DNA of 55,680 nucleotides, taken from positions 8,129 to 63,808 of the forward strand of contig JAYEOX010000109.1 of assembly GCA_034723415.1 (NCBI GenBank), written 5' to 3'. Position 1 is the first letter of the stretch; every line of letters starts with the position of its first letter. A program made the translations under genes and the position numbers. Below the pieces are notes generated by a model that made no database searches, was not told the origin of the DNA, and saw only the letters and a program-made list of their open reading frames with translations. Shown one piece after another: positions 7,448-18,600 of this stretch. The DNA is from Fidelibacterota bacterium (lineage in GTDB: Bacteria > Fidelibacterota > Fidelibacteria > Fidelibacterales > Fidelibacteraceae).

Positions 7448-8644
7448 ATGGCAAAAGAGAAGTATGATAGAAGTTTACCGCATGTCAATATAGGTACGAT
7501 AGGTCATGTAGATCATGGTAAAACGACATTGACAGCAGCGATAACGTATGTATTGAATAAGAAATACGGTAAGGGAGATGTAAGGTCATTTGATAGTATA
7601 GATAATGCTCCTGAAGAGCGAGAACGAGGTATAACAATAGCGACAGCGCATGTAGAATATAATACAGACAACAGGCATTATGCACATGTAGATTGTCCGG
7701 GACATGCGGATTATATAAAAAACATGATAACGGGAGCGGCTCAGATGGATGGAGCGATATTGGTGGTAAGTGCAGCAGATGGCCCGATGCCCCAGACAAG
7801 AGAACATGTATTATTGGCTCGTCAGGTAAATGTACCATCTATGGTAGTATTTATGAATAAGGTAGATATGGTAGATGATGATGAGTTATTGGATTTAGTA
7901 GATATGGAATTAAGAGAGTTATTAGATGAATATGAATTTCCAGGTGATGACACCCCAATAATAAGAGGGAGTGCATTAGAAGCATTAAATAATCCTGAAG
8001 ATCCTGAGAAGACAAAATGTATATTTGAATTAATGGAAGCAGTAGATAGTTTTATACCAGAGCCGAAGCGAGATGTAGAAAAGGATTTTTTGATGCCGAT
8101 AGAGGATGTATTTTCGATAACCGGCCGTGGGACAGTAGGTACAGGCAGGATAGAGCGAGGTGTTATACATGTAGGAGATGCGGTAGAATTAGTAGGAATA
8201 GAAGAAGAGACAAAGAAGACAGTAGTAACAGGTATAGAGATGTTTCGCAAGTTATTAGATGAAGGTCAGGCAGGAGATAATGCAGGTATATTATTGCGAG
8301 GCATAGACAAGGAATATTTGAAGCGAGGGATGGTAGTAGCGAAACCAGGTTCGATAACCCCACATAAAGAATTCAAGGCATCGATATATGTATTAAAGAA
8401 AGACGAAGGTGGACGTCACACACCATTTATGAAAGGTTATCGTCCTCAGTTTTATTTTCGCACCACAGATGTAACAGGTGAGATATTTTTACCTGAAGGA
8501 CGCGAGATGGTAATGCCCGGCGACAATGTACATATTGATGTAAAATTAATAGAGCCGATAGCAATGGAGAAGGAATTACGCTTTGCAATACGCGAGGGTG
8601 GTAGAACAGTAGGTGCTGGTGTAGTAACAGAAATTATTGAGTAA
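7448..8644 (+). CDS. tuf: Elongation factor Tu (copy 1)
   Basis: [30 protein letters not shown]. Confidence 0.99.
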   Translation: MAKEKYDRSLPHVNIGTIGHVDHGKTTLTAAITYVLNKKYGKGDVRSFDSIDNAPEERERGITIATAHVEYNTDNRHYAHVDCPGHADYIKNMITGAAQMDGAILVVSAADGPMPQTREHVLLARQVNVPSMVVFMNKVDMVDDDELLDLVDMELRELLDEYEFPGDDTPIIRGSALEALNNPEDPEKTKCIFELMEAVDSFIPEPKRDVEKDFLMPIEDVFSITGRGTVGTGRIERGVIHVGDAVELVGIEEETKKTVVTGIEMFRKLLDEGQAGDNAGILLRGIDKEYLKRGMVVAKPGSITPHKEFKASIYVLKKDEGGRHTPFMKGYRPQFYFRTTDVTGEIFLPEGREMVMPGDNVHIDVKLIEPIAMEKELRFAIREGGRTVGAGVVTEIIE

Positions 8645-8667
8645 AATAGATTATCTAAGGATATAAA

Positions 8668-8817
8668 ATGAGAGATATTATTACATTAGAATGTACGAAA
8701 TGCAAAAGACGAAATTACACTACAACTAAAAATAAGCGACTACATCCAAAACGTGTTGAATATAAGAAATATTGTAAATTTTGTCGTTCACATGAAATAC
8801 ATAAGGAAACGAAATAA
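8668..8817 (+). CDS. rpmG: 50S ribosomal protein L33 (Zn-binding type), absent from the ORF track
   Basis: Hand translation [49 protein letters not shown]; lies between tuf and tRNA-Trp. Confidence 0.95.
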   Translation: MRDIITLECTKCKRRNYTTTKNKRLHPKRVEYKKYCKFCRSHEIHKETK

Positions 8818-8825
8818 ATTTTGAT

Positions 8826-8898
8826 AGGTCTGTAGTTCAATTGGAAGAGCACCGGTCTCCAAAACCGGCTGTTGGGGGTTCAAATCCCTCCAGACCTG
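8826..8898 (+). tRNA. tRNA-Trp(CCA)
   Basis: Acceptor AGGTCTG/CAGACCT, anticodon arm CCGGT-CTCCAAA-ACCGG, TTCAAAT T-loop; canonical rpmG-trnW-secE context. Confidence 0.95.
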
Positions 8899-8918
8899 CA
8901 AAAATAATTGAGGAGATT

Positions 8919-9101
8919 ATGATAAATAAAATAAAAGATTTTTTAATCGGGGTTCAATTTGAAATGAAGAAAGTCAGTTGGCCGACTTTTGAAGAATTGA
9001 AAAGTTCTACAACCGTGGTAATTGTTTTTGCAATAATTTTGGCAATATTTTTATTTGTTGTAGATCTTGTTCTAAACAAAGCAGTAAATTTTATAATATA
9101 A
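8919..9101 (+). CDS. secE: Preprotein translocase subunit SecE
   Basis: EMKKVSWPT motif plus one TM segment. GAGGAG SD precedes ATG 8919; the ORF-track start overlaps tRNA-Trp. Confidence 0.95.
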   Translation: MINKIKDFLIGVQFEMKKVSWPTFEELKSSTTVVIVFAIILAIFLFVVDLVLNKAVNFII

Positions 9102-9119
9102 AGTAAGAAGTTATTATTT

Positions 9120-9647
9120 ATGAATTGGTATTCATTGAGAGTATATTCAGGAAAAGAACAGCAGGTTGCTGAAAGAATTGAATATGAATCTGAACAAAAC
9201 AAGTTGTCAGATTACATTGAAGAAGTTTTAGTACCAACCGAGAATGTAGTAGAAATGAAAAATGGGAAAAAGAAGTCTCGTGTAAAGGTTTTTTACCCCG
9301 GATATATAATGATAAAAATGGAATTAACACCAAAGACACAATATTTTTTAGAAAATTTATCTGGAATAATAAGTTTTGTGGGGTCAAAGGGACATCCTCA
9401 ACAACTAAGTCAAAAAGAAGTCCGTCGAATTTTAGGCGAAGTTCAAAGAAAGGATGGAAAAGAATCCTTGGAAACAAAACTTGTAGTTGGAGATCCTATT
9501 AAAATAATCGATGGTCCTTTTTTAGATTTTGATGGAGTAATTGAAGAAATAAATGAAGAGAAACAAAAGCTTAAAGTGATGGTAAGTATCTTTGGCCGAG
9601 CTACTCCAGTTGAATTAAGTTATTTACAAGTAGAATTAGTAAAATAG
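9120..9647 (+). CDS. nusG: Transcription termination/antitermination factor NusG
   Basis: NGN domain (WY..SGKE, FYPGY) and KOW domain (DGPF, SIFGRATPVEL). Confidence 0.97.
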   Translation: MNWYSLRVYSGKEQQVAERIEYESEQNKLSDYIEEVLVPTENVVEMKNGKKKSRVKVFYPGYIMIKMELTPKTQYFLENLSGIISFVGSKGHPQQLSQKEVRRILGEVQRKDGKESLETKLVVGDPIKIIDGPFLDFDGVIEEINEEKQKLKVMVSIFGRATPVELSYLQVELVK

Positions 9648-9657
9648 GTAGGATATT

Positions 9658-10083
9658 ATGGCAAAAAAAGTAGCAGCAATAATTAAATTACAACTTCCGG
9701 CAGGGCAGGCAAATCCTTCTCCACCAGTTGGGCCGGCACTTGGACAACATGGTGTAAATATTATGGAGTTTTGTAAGGCATATAATTCGAAAACAAAAGA
9801 TAAGATGGGTTTGATTATACCAGTTGTTATTACTGTTTATAAGGACAGGTCTTTTTCTTTTATTGTTAAAACACCACCGGCAGCGGTATTATTAAAAAAG
9901 TTAGCAAATATAGAAAAAGGTTCAGGTGAACCTCAAAAAGACAAAGTTGCAAAAGTAAAAAAGAAAGATTTAATAGAAATTGCAAAAACAAAAATGAAAG
10001 ACCTTAATGCTCATACAGCTGAGCAAGGAGCCCGAATGATTGCAGGAACTGCAAGAAGTATGGGAATATTAGTTGAAGAATAG
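9658..10083 (+). CDS. rplK: 50S ribosomal protein L11
   Basis: [20 protein letters not shown]. Confidence 0.98.
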   Translation: MAKKVAAIIKLQLPAGQANPSPPVGPALGQHGVNIMEFCKAYNSKTKDKMGLIIPVVITVYKDRSFSFIVKTPPAAVLLKKLANIEKGSGEPQKDKVAKVKKKDLIEIAKTKMKDLNAHTAEQGARMIAGTARSMGILVEE

Positions 10084-10100
10084 TGGAGGCGATTGAAAGA

Positions 10101-10793
10101 ATGAAACATAGTCGTAGATACTATAGCAATTTAAAAGCTATAGATAGATTAAAAAATTATGATGTGATTGAAGGTGTTGATTTACTTAAAAAAACTTCAA
10201 CAGCGAAATTTGATGAATCAGTTGAGATTTCAGTAAATTTGGGAGTAAATCCTAAATATTCGGATCAGATGGTAAGAGGAACAGTAATTTTGCCACATGG
10301 AACTGGGAAGAAAATCAGGGTTTTAGTTTTAACTCAAGGTGAAAAAGTTAAAGAAGCTGAAGAAGCAAATGCCGATTATGTGGGGTTAGAAGAATATATT
10401 AAAAAAATTCAAGAAGGATGGTTTGAGTTTGATGTTCTGATAGTTTCACCAGATGTTATGAGATATGTTGGCAAATTGGGTAAAATTTTAGGACCTAAAG
10501 GATTAATGCCTAATCCAAAAAGTGGAACAGTAACCAATGATATTGGAAATGCAGTAAAAGATAGTAAAGCCGGAAAGATAAGTTTTAGAGTTGATAGGTA
10601 TGGTATTGTACATTCTGCTATTGGTAAAGCCTCATTTGATAAAGAGAAATTAGTTGACAATTTAAGAACAATGATAAAGACAGTTATGAAACAAAAGCCA
10701 ATAGGTTTAAAAGGACAGTATATGCAAAAGATTACACTTTCATCTAGTCAGGGACCTGGTATTAGAATTGATAAAAATTCAGTATTGAATTAG
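10101..10793 (+). CDS. rplA: 50S ribosomal protein L1
   Basis: KFDESVE, LPHGTGK, GLMPNPKSGT. ATG 10101 preferred as start. Confidence 0.97.
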   Translation: MKHSRRYYSNLKAIDRLKNYDVIEGVDLLKKTSTAKFDESVEISVNLGVNPKYSDQMVRGTVILPHGTGKKIRVLVLTQGEKVKEAEEANADYVGLEEYIKKIQEGWFEFDVLIVSPDVMRYVGKLGKILGPKGLMPNPKSGTVTNDIGNAVKDSKAGKISFRVDRYGIVHSAIGKASFDKEKLVDNLRTMIKTVMKQKPIGLKGQYMQKITLSSSQGPGIRIDKNSVLN

Positions 10794-10804
10794 AGGAGGA
10801 ATAA

Positions 10805-11335
10805 ATGCCAACAAAAGAAAAAATAGCTAAAGTTGAAGAGATAGCTAAGTATATTAAAGATTCCAAAGCCATTTATTTTTCTGACTGCATAGGGTTGAAT
10901 GTTGAACAAATCAATGATCTTAGATCCACAATGTTTGATAATAATATAAAGATGCAAGTTGCAAAAAATACATTGATCAAATTATCATTAGAAAAAGCAG
11001 GATACGATTTTGATAGTGAAGAAATATTAACAGGGCCGACTGCTTTAATATATGGTATTGAAGATAGTGTGACGCCAGCTAAGATATTAATGGATTTTAA
11101 GAAAGCTCATAAAGAAGTAGGCAAACCAGAGATGAAAGCTTTAATATTTGAAGGGGAATTGTTTGGAAAGGAGAAGATTGATCAAATTGCGGTTTTACCT
11201 TCAAAAAATGAATTGTTTGGAAAATTGTTAAGTGGATTATCATATCCGATAAGTCATTTATTAGGTGATTTGCAATCATCAATGCAGAAAATAGTAGGTG
11301 TATTACAATCGTTAAAAGATAAAAAAGATAATTAA
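10805..11335 (+). CDS. rplJ: 50S ribosomal protein L10
   Basis: VAKNTL, LTGPTA, LPSK; synteny. Confidence 0.95.
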   Translation: MPTKEKIAKVEEIAKYIKDSKAIYFSDCIGLNVEQINDLRSTMFDNNIKMQVAKNTLIKLSLEKAGYDFDSEEILTGPTALIYGIEDSVTPAKILMDFKKAHKEVGKPEMKALIFEGELFGKEKIDQIAVLPSKNELFGKLLSGLSYPISHLLGDLQSSMQKIVGVLQSLKDKKDN

Positions 11336-11358
11336 TAGAATTAAGGAGGACGAAAGTC

Positions 11359-11733
11359 ATGGCAGAAATAAAACGAGAAGATGTTTTAAAGTATTTAGAA
11401 AATTCAAATATGCTGGAAATTTCAGAATTAATATCTGAGATTGAGGAAAAATTTGGAGTAACTGCGGCGGCACCGGTGGCAGCAGCTGCGCCTGTTCAAG
11501 GTGGCGAAGCAGAAGAAGAAAAAACTGAATTTGATGTGATAATGACCAGTTTTGGTGAAAAGAAAATTAATGTAATTAAGGCAGTTAGAAAAATTACATC
11601 ATTAGGATTGAAAGATGCAAAAGATTTAGTTGAAGCTACACCAGCAAAGATCAAAGAAGAAATTGCAAAATCTGATGCGGAAAATATAAAAAAAGAATTA
11701 GAAGAAGCTGGAGCAACAATAGAATTAAAATAG
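11359..11733 (+). CDS. rplL: 50S ribosomal protein L7/L12
   Basis: EEKFGV, Ala-rich hinge, [15 protein letters not shown]. Confidence 0.98.
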   Translation: MAEIKREDVLKYLENSNMLEISELISEIEEKFGVTAAAPVAAAAPVQGGEAEEEKTEFDVIMTSFGEKKINVIKAVRKITSLGLKDAKDLVEATPAKIKEEIAKSDAENIKKELEEAGATIELK

Positions 11734-11793
11734 GTCATAGTAATAAATTATGATGCAATTAATGCGAAAAATAGAATTTGCAATAATTGATGA

Positions 11794-11826
11794 GACCGCC
11801 ATATAATTATGTGGTCATTTATTTCT
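11794..11826 (+). terminator. Possible attenuator hairpin in the rplL-rpoB spacer
   Basis: GACCGCCATA-TAAT-TATGTGGTC stem followed by ATTTATTTCT. Confidence 0.4.
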
Positions 11827-11858
11827 ATCATATCTATAATATATGAGGGAGTTTTCTT

Positions 11859-14800
11859 TTGAGAAAAAACAACATATTTGTTAAACGACAATCATTTTCA
11901 AAAATAAAAAAAATAATTGATATTCCTAATTTGCTTTCAATGCAATATGATTCATTTGATCGATTTATACAGGCTAATAAACCAATTGATAAAAGAGAAA
12001 ATATTGGTTTGGAAAAAGCGTTTCGTTCAATATTTCCAATTGCAGATAATCATGAAATATTTGTTTTGGATTTTGTCAATTATTCTATTGGGCAACCGAG
12101 ATATTCTGAGAATGAATGTTTAGAGCGTGGAATAACATATTCTGTTCCTTTGAAAGCAAAATTGATATTAAGAATTGCCGAAGAGGGAGCTGAACCAGGA
12201 ACTTATTCTGAAAGTATTGAGCAAGAAGTATTTTTTGGTAATATTCCATACATGACAGAACGAGGCGGTTTTATTATTAATGGAGCTGAGAGGGTTGTCG
12301 TTAGTCAATTACAGCGCTCTCCAGGTGTCTTTTTTAATGAAGCACGTCACCCTAATGGAACAATTTTGTATAATGCAAGAATTATTCCAATGCGTGGTTC
12401 TTGGATCGACCTTACAACTGACATTTTTGATGCAATTTATGTTACAATAGATAGAAGGAAAAAATTTCCAGTATCGATATTGCTGAGAGCAATGGGTTTT
12501 AGTTCAGATTATGAAATTCTTAGTAAATTTGAAGTGCTTAAAAAAGTTAAAGTTAATGGCGAAATTGTAGGTCAAAATATTGTTACTAGTGTAATAGATG
12601 ATTCTACTGGAGAGGTAATAATTGAGGCTGGTATAACTAAAGATGAAAGCATTCAAATTAAAAAAACACACTTAAATAAGTTAAAAAAGTTTAATATTAC
12701 TGAAATTGAAATAGTAGATCCTGATAAAGAAATTGATTATAAACTGTTAACTAATTCTATTCGCAAAGAAAGAGATAAAATTACAAAAGAACGATTGGAA
12801 GAAGGCGGGCCGACAAAAGAAGATGCGCTAATATATTTGTATAGAAATTTAAAAAATGGTGAGCCACCTTCAATAGAAATTGCCGATAAATTTGTAGAAC
12901 GATTGTTTTTTAGTCCAAAGAAATATGATTTAGGTGAAGTCGGTCGTTATCGAATGAATAAGAAATTTAATTTTGATTCTTCGCTTAAGAGTACAGTTAT
13001 CACTCAAAATGATATGATCTATATTGTAAAATATTTGATTAATATGAGAAGGGGAGATAAACTTTCTGATGATATCGATCATCTTGGTAACAGAAGAATT
13101 AAAACAGTTGGTGAACAACTCGCTAATCAGTTTGCAATTTCATTTATGAGAATGGCAAGGACAATAAGAGATAGAATGAATGTAAATAAAGCTGAAGAAT
13201 TAACTCCGCAGGGATTAGTAAATAGTAGAATAATTACTTCAGTAATTAACACATTTTTTGGGACATCCCAAATGTCACAATTTATGGATCAAACAAATCC
13301 TTTGGCTGAATTAACTCATAAACGAAGATTGTCTGCATTAGGACCAGGTGGTTTAACGAGAGAAAGAGCCGGATTTGAAGTGCGTGATGTTCATTATACT
13401 CATTATGGTAGATTATGCCCAATTGAAACACCTGAAGGTCCAAATATTGGATTAATATCATCATTAGCAAATTATGCAGTGATAAATAGATTAGGATTTA
13501 TTGAAAGTCCATATAGAAAAGTGATAAAAGATGAAGGGAAAGTATTCGTTTCTGATGATGTGGACTACTTATCTGCAGATGATGAAGATCGTAATATAAT
13601 TGCTCAGGCAAATGCAGAATTGAATAGTAATAGTGAATTCAAAAGTGACAAAATTAAATGTCGTCATGAAGCAGATTATCCAGTAGTTCCGCCGAATAAA
13701 ATAGATTATATGGATGTGAATCCTATGCAAATGATAAGTTCTGCCGCTAGTGTAATCCCATTTTTAGAAAACGATGATGCTAACCGTGCTTTAATGGGAA
13801 GTAATATGCAGAGACAATCAGTGCCATTATTATCACCGAAAACTCCCTATGTAGGTACAGGTTTAGAAAGAAAAATTGCAGCAGATAGTCGAGCTGTATT
13901 AACATCTACTGTTGATGGGAAAGTAGAATATGTGGATGCTAATAAAATTATTATTAAGATGAAAAATTATGATAAGTTAGATTTTTATGAAAATGAAGGA
14001 AGAGTAGAATATAAATTAAAGAAATATAAAAGAACAAATCAAAATACTGCAATAAATCAAATACCTTTGGTTAAAGAGGGACAAAAAGTAAAAGCGGGTG
14101 ACCCAATTGCGGATGGAATGTCAACAGATAAAGGTGAATTAGCATTAGGACGAAATGTTTTAGTGGCTTTTATGCCTTGGTATGGATATAATTATGAAGA
14201 TGCAATAATTCTTAGTGAAAGATTAGTAAAAGATGATGTTTTTACATCGGTTTATGTTAAAGAAGTTGAACTTGAAGTAAGGCAGACAAAAATGGGTGGT
14301 GAAGAGTTAACTCGTGAAATTCCAAATATTTCAGAAGAAGCCACAAAAGATTTAGGTGAAGATGGAATAATTAGAATTGGTGCCAAAGTTAAAGCTGATG
14401 ACATAATAATTGGTAAAGTTATGCCGAAAGGTGAAACAGATCCAACTCAGGAAGAGAAATTGTTGAGAGCAATTTTTGGAGAGAAAGCAAGTAATGTTAA
14501 AGATGCTTCTAAAAGAGCAGCTCATGGAACTTCAGGAACCATAATAGATACAAAACTTTTTAATAGAAAAGGAAAGGGCTCCAGAAAAGAAGAAAAGAAA
14601 TTACTAAAAGAATTAGATATAGTACTTAAAAAGAAAATTGGAAATATTCATAATCAATTTGTTGATAAGATAATGAATATCCTTAAAGAAGAAAAATGTT
14701 TAGGTGTAAAAGGTAAAGCGGGTAATTCATTACTAGCAAAAAATAAAAAATGGAGCGAAGATTTTTTCCGTAATGTTGATTTAAGAATAATTGATTTAAA

Positions 14801-15668
14801 AGAACCTTGGATAGAAGATAAAAAGAAATATACAAAAGTTGTGAAACTCATTAGAAGTTATCAGACTAAGATCAAGGAAATAAGAGGTAATATTGAAAAT
14901 GAGAAGTTTAAAATTAAGGCTGGCGATGATTTGCAGCCTGGTGTTTTAAAGTTAGCAAAAGCATATATTGCCGATAAAAGAAAAATTCAAGTTGGAGATA
15001 AAATGGCTGGTCGTCATGGAAACAAGGGTGTTGTATCAATAATTGTTCCTGAAGAAGATATGCCATATTTACCTGATGGAACACCGGTTGATATCATCCT
15101 AAATCCATTGGGAGTACCATCTAGAATGAATTTGGGGCAGCTCTATGAAACTATGCTTGGTTGGGCTGCAAAAGAGCTAAATACCTATTTTGAAACTCCG
15201 GTTTTTGATGGCGCTAGTTATGAAGATATACAAAATATTTTATCAAAAGCTGGTTTACCAAAAACAGGAAAGAGTGTATTATTTGATGGAAAGACTGGTG
15301 AAAAAATTAATAAAACTGTTGCGGTTGGATATATTTACATGATGAAATTGGCTCACATGATAGAAGATAAACTCCATGCTCGTTCAACTGGACCATATTC
15401 ATTAATTACTCAACAACCACTTGGTGGTAAGGCGCAAATGGGTGGACAGCGTTTTGGTGAAATGGAAGTTTGGGCTTTAGAAGCATATGGCGCAGCTCAT
15501 TCTTTGCAAGAAGTATTAACTGTCAAATCTGATGATGTAAGTGGCAGAACAAAAGTTTATAATGCCATAGTCAAAGGTGAAAATTTGCCAGAATTTGGCG
15601 TGCCAGAATCTTTTAATGTTCTCTTAAGGGAGTTACAAGGATTAGGCATTGAAATTGAAATGATATAA
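11859..15668 (+). CDS. rpoB: RNA polymerase beta subunit (TTG start)
   Basis: SQFMDQ..HKRRLSALGPGG, GDKMAGRHGNKG, GGQRFGEME. Confidence 0.99.
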   Translation: MRKNNIFVKRQSFSKIKKIIDIPNLLSMQYDSFDRFIQANKPIDKRENIGLEKAFRSIFPIADNHEIFVLDFVNYSIGQPRYSENECLERGITYSVPLKAKLILRIAEEGAEPGTYSESIEQEVFFGNIPYMTERGGFIINGAERVVVSQLQRSPGVFFNEARHPNGTILYNARIIPMRGSWIDLTTDIFDAIYVTIDRRKKFPVSILLRAMGFSSDYEILSKFEVLKKVKVNGEIVGQNIVTSVIDDSTGEVIIEAGITKDESIQIKKTHLNKLKKFNITEIEIVDPDKEIDYKLLTNSIRKERDKITKERLEEGGPTKEDALIYLYRNLKNGEPPSIEIADKFVERLFFSPKKYDLGEVGRYRMNKKFNFDSSLKSTVITQNDMIYIVKYLINMRRGDKLSDDIDHLGNRRIKTVGEQLANQFAISFMRMARTIRDRMNVNKAEELTPQGLVNSRIITSVINTFFGTSQMSQFMDQTNPLAELTHKRRLSALGPGGLTRERAGFEVRDVHYTHYGRLCPIETPEGPNIGLISSLANYAVINRLGFIESPYRKVIKDEGKVFVSDDVDYLSADDEDRNIIAQANAELNSNSEFKSDKIKCRHEADYPVVPPNKIDYMDVNPMQMISSAASVIPFLENDDANRALMGSNMQRQSVPLLSPKTPYVGTGLERKIAADSRAVLTSTVDGKVEYVDANKIIIKMKNYDKLDFYENEGRVEYKLKKYKRTNQNTAINQIPLVKEGQKVKAGDPIADGMSTDKGELALGRNVLVAFMPWYGYNYEDAIILSERLVKDDVFTSVYVKEVELEVRQTKMGGEELTREIPNISEEATKDLGEDGIIRIGAKVKADDIIIGKVMPKGETDPTQEEKLLRAIFGEKASNVKDASKRAAHGTSGTIIDTKLFNRKGKGSRKEEKKLLKELDIVLKKKIGNIHNQFVDKIMNILKEEKCLGVKGKAGNSLLAKNKKWSEDFFRNVDLRIIDLKEPWIEDKKKYTKVVKLIRSYQTKIKEIRGNIENEKFKIKAGDDLQPGVLKLAKAYIADKRKIQVGDKMAGRHGNKGVVSIIVPEEDMPYLPDGTPVDIILNPLGVPSRMNLGQLYETMLGWAAKELNTYFETPVFDGASYEDIQNILSKAGLPKTGKSVLFDGKTGEKINKTVAVGYIYMMKLAHMIEDKLHARSTGPYSLITQQPLGGKAQMGGQRFGEMEVWALEAYGAAHSLQEVLTVKSDDVSGRTKVYNAIVKGENLPEFGVPESFNVLLRELQGLGIEIEMI

Positions 15669-15694
15669 AAATTATCTAATAATAAGGAATAGTT

Positions 15695-18600
15695 TTGAAT
15701 TTAACATATAAGAAAGATTTTCAAGCAAAAAAAAGTTTTGAAAAAATTGCAATTAAACTATCTTCTCCAGAATCTATATTGAATAAATCTCATGGGGAAG
15801 TTCTTAAGCCTGAAACGATTAATTATCGGTCTTATAAACCCGAAAAAGATGGATTGTTTTGTGAAAAAATATTTGGGCCGGTAAAAGATTGGGAATGCCA
15901 TTGTGGTAAATATAAAAGAATTAGGTATAAGGGAATTGTATGTGATAGATGTGGAGTTGAAGTTACGCAGAAAAAAGTTCGTCGAGAGAGAATGGGACAT
16001 ATTGCATTGGCTGTGCCAGTTGTTCATATTTGGTATTTAAAGTCAATTCCTTCAAAATTGGGGCACTTGCTGGGAATTTCGGCTAAAAAATTAGAACAAA
16101 TAATATATTATGAATCATATATTGTAACTCAATCAGGCAAAGCAAAAATTGATTCCGGTAATAAGGAGAAAGCACTCCAAATTAATGATATAGTAGATGA
16201 AGAAACCTATTTTGATTTATCAATTAAATATGGTGAAAATTCAAAAGAAGACATTTCTGATGAAGATAAATTTATTGCAAAAACTGGTGCAGAAGCGATA
16301 GATGAAATATTAAGTAAAATTGATATTTCCCAATTACTTGAAGAATTACAAAACAGATTAAAAAAGACAAAGTCTAAAACAGAAAAGACAGCTATTATTA
16401 AAAGATTAAAAATCGTTAGAGCATTTAAAAACAACGAAGACGATTCAGATATGTTACACTTAAACAGACCTGAAAATATGGTGTTGAAAGTATTGCCGGT
16501 AATTCCACCAGAGCTTAGACCGTTAGTTCCATTGGAAGGTGGAAGATTTGCTGCTTCCGATTTAAATGATCTATATCGTAGAGTGATCATTAGAAATAAT
16601 AGATTGAAACAATTAATTAGCATTCAGGCACCCGATGTTATTTTGCGAAATGAAAAAAGAATGTTACAAGAAGCTGTAGATTCATTATTTGATAATAAAC
16701 GAAGAAGGACAGCAGTTAGATCCGGAACGAGACGACCTTTAAAATCACTTAGTGATATGCTTAATGGTAAAGAAGGGCGTTTTCGTCAAAATCTTTTAGG
16801 TAAACGAGTAGATTATTCAGGAAGATCTGTAATTGTTGTGGCTCCTGAATTGAAATTGCATCAATGTGGAATTCCAAAATTAATGGCAACAGAATTATTT
16901 AAACCTCACATAATTCATGAATTATTACTGCGTGAATATGCTACAAATGTTAAAAATGCGAAAATTATGGTTGAACAAAGATCTCCTGAGGTTATGGGTC
17001 TTTTAGAATATGTAGTTAAAGATCATCCTGTATTGCTAAATAGAGCACCAACGCTACATAGGTTAGGAATTCAAGCTTTTCAACCGATATTAGTAGATGG
17101 GAAAGCTATTAGATTACATCCATTAGTATGTTCGGCGTTTAATGCAGATTTTGATGGAGATCAAATGGCGGTTCATGTTCCATTGTCTTACGAAGCAATT
17201 ATCGAAGCCAAAATGTTAATGATGTCAAATAATAATATCTTACATCCGGCAAGTGGAAAGCCAATTACTATTCCAACACAAGATATGGTTTTAGGTATTT
17301 ATTATATAACTGGAATGAGAAGCAAACAAGAAGGTGAAGGAACTATATTCTCATCAATTGATGAGGCGATTTTTGCTTTCGAGAATAATAGAATAGGAAT
17401 TCAGGCGAAAGTTAAATTATTTTATGAACAAAACATATTAGAAACAACTATGGGTCGGATTATTTTAAATAATATTATTCCAAAGGGAATGCCATTTTAT
17501 AATGAATTAATAACAAAAAAGAAATTAGAAGATATAATTAGTAATTGTATAGTAATTGTTGGTAAAGAAAAAACCACAGAATTTTTAGATGAATTAAAAG
17601 ATTTAGGATTTTTATATGCAACAAAATCAGGTGTATCTATTGCTATTGATGATGTCCGTATTCCAGAAGATAAATTTGAAATTATTGCAAGAACACAAAA
17701 AATCGTTGATACTATTAATGCAAAACGAAGAAAGGGTGTACTAACTGAAAATGAGAGATACAATAAGGTAATTGATGCTTGGTCTAAAACAACAGACGAA
17801 GTACAAGCTTCAATGGATAGTAAATTACAAAAAGATGAAGAAGGATTCAATTCTGTATTTATTATGTCTGATTCTGGCGCAAGAGGTTCTAAAGATCAAA
17901 TAAAGCAGTTAGCAGGAATGCGTGGTCTGATGAATAAACCACAAAAAGCATTAAGTGGTGGAATAGGAGAAATTATTGAAACGCCGATTATTTCTAATTT
18001 TAAAGAAGGATTATCGGTTCTTGAATATTTTATTTCTACTCATGGAGCAAGAAAAGGATTATCTGATACTGCTCTTAAAACAGCTGATGCCGGATATTTA
18101 ACCCGTCGATTAGTTGATGTTTCTCAAGATGTTGTTGTTAGAGAAGTTGATTGTGGAACAATTAATGGAATCGATGTCAAAAGATTGGTAGAAGGCGATA
18201 ATGAAATTGAAACACTTTATGAACGAATAAATGGTAGGACTGTGCTGGATGATGTGATTGATCCAATTACAGATGAGGTGCTTGCTGAAGCAGATGAGCT
18301 AATAGAAGACAATGTTGCCCGCAAAATTAATGACAGTAATGTAGAATCAGTTAGAATTAGATCTGTTCTTACTTGTGAAGCAAAAGAGGGGGTATGTGCT
18401 AAATGTTATGGCAATAATTTAGCTACTAATAATTTAGTAAATATTGGAGAAGCAGTTGGTATTATGGCTGCCCAATCAATTGGTGAACCTGGTACTCAAC
18501 TAACATTGAGAACATTCCATATTGGTGGAACTGCCAGCAGATTAATAGAAGAATCTCATCAGCCTGGAAGATATGATGGAACTGTAAAATATTCAAGCAA

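Noticed and set aside
7485..8363. Several antisense ORFs within tuf (and again in copy 2)
   Set aside because: By-products of the skewed tuf codon usage; low-complexity products with no SD.
8826..8898. Alternative genetic code (UGA recoding) given the low GC
   Set aside because: TGA ends rplO, rpsM and the epimerase at expected positions; Trp is encoded by TGG and the tRNA anticodon is CCA.
8841..8918. N-terminal extension of SecE in the ORF track
   Set aside because: Overlaps tRNA-Trp; the real start is ATG 8919 with an SD.
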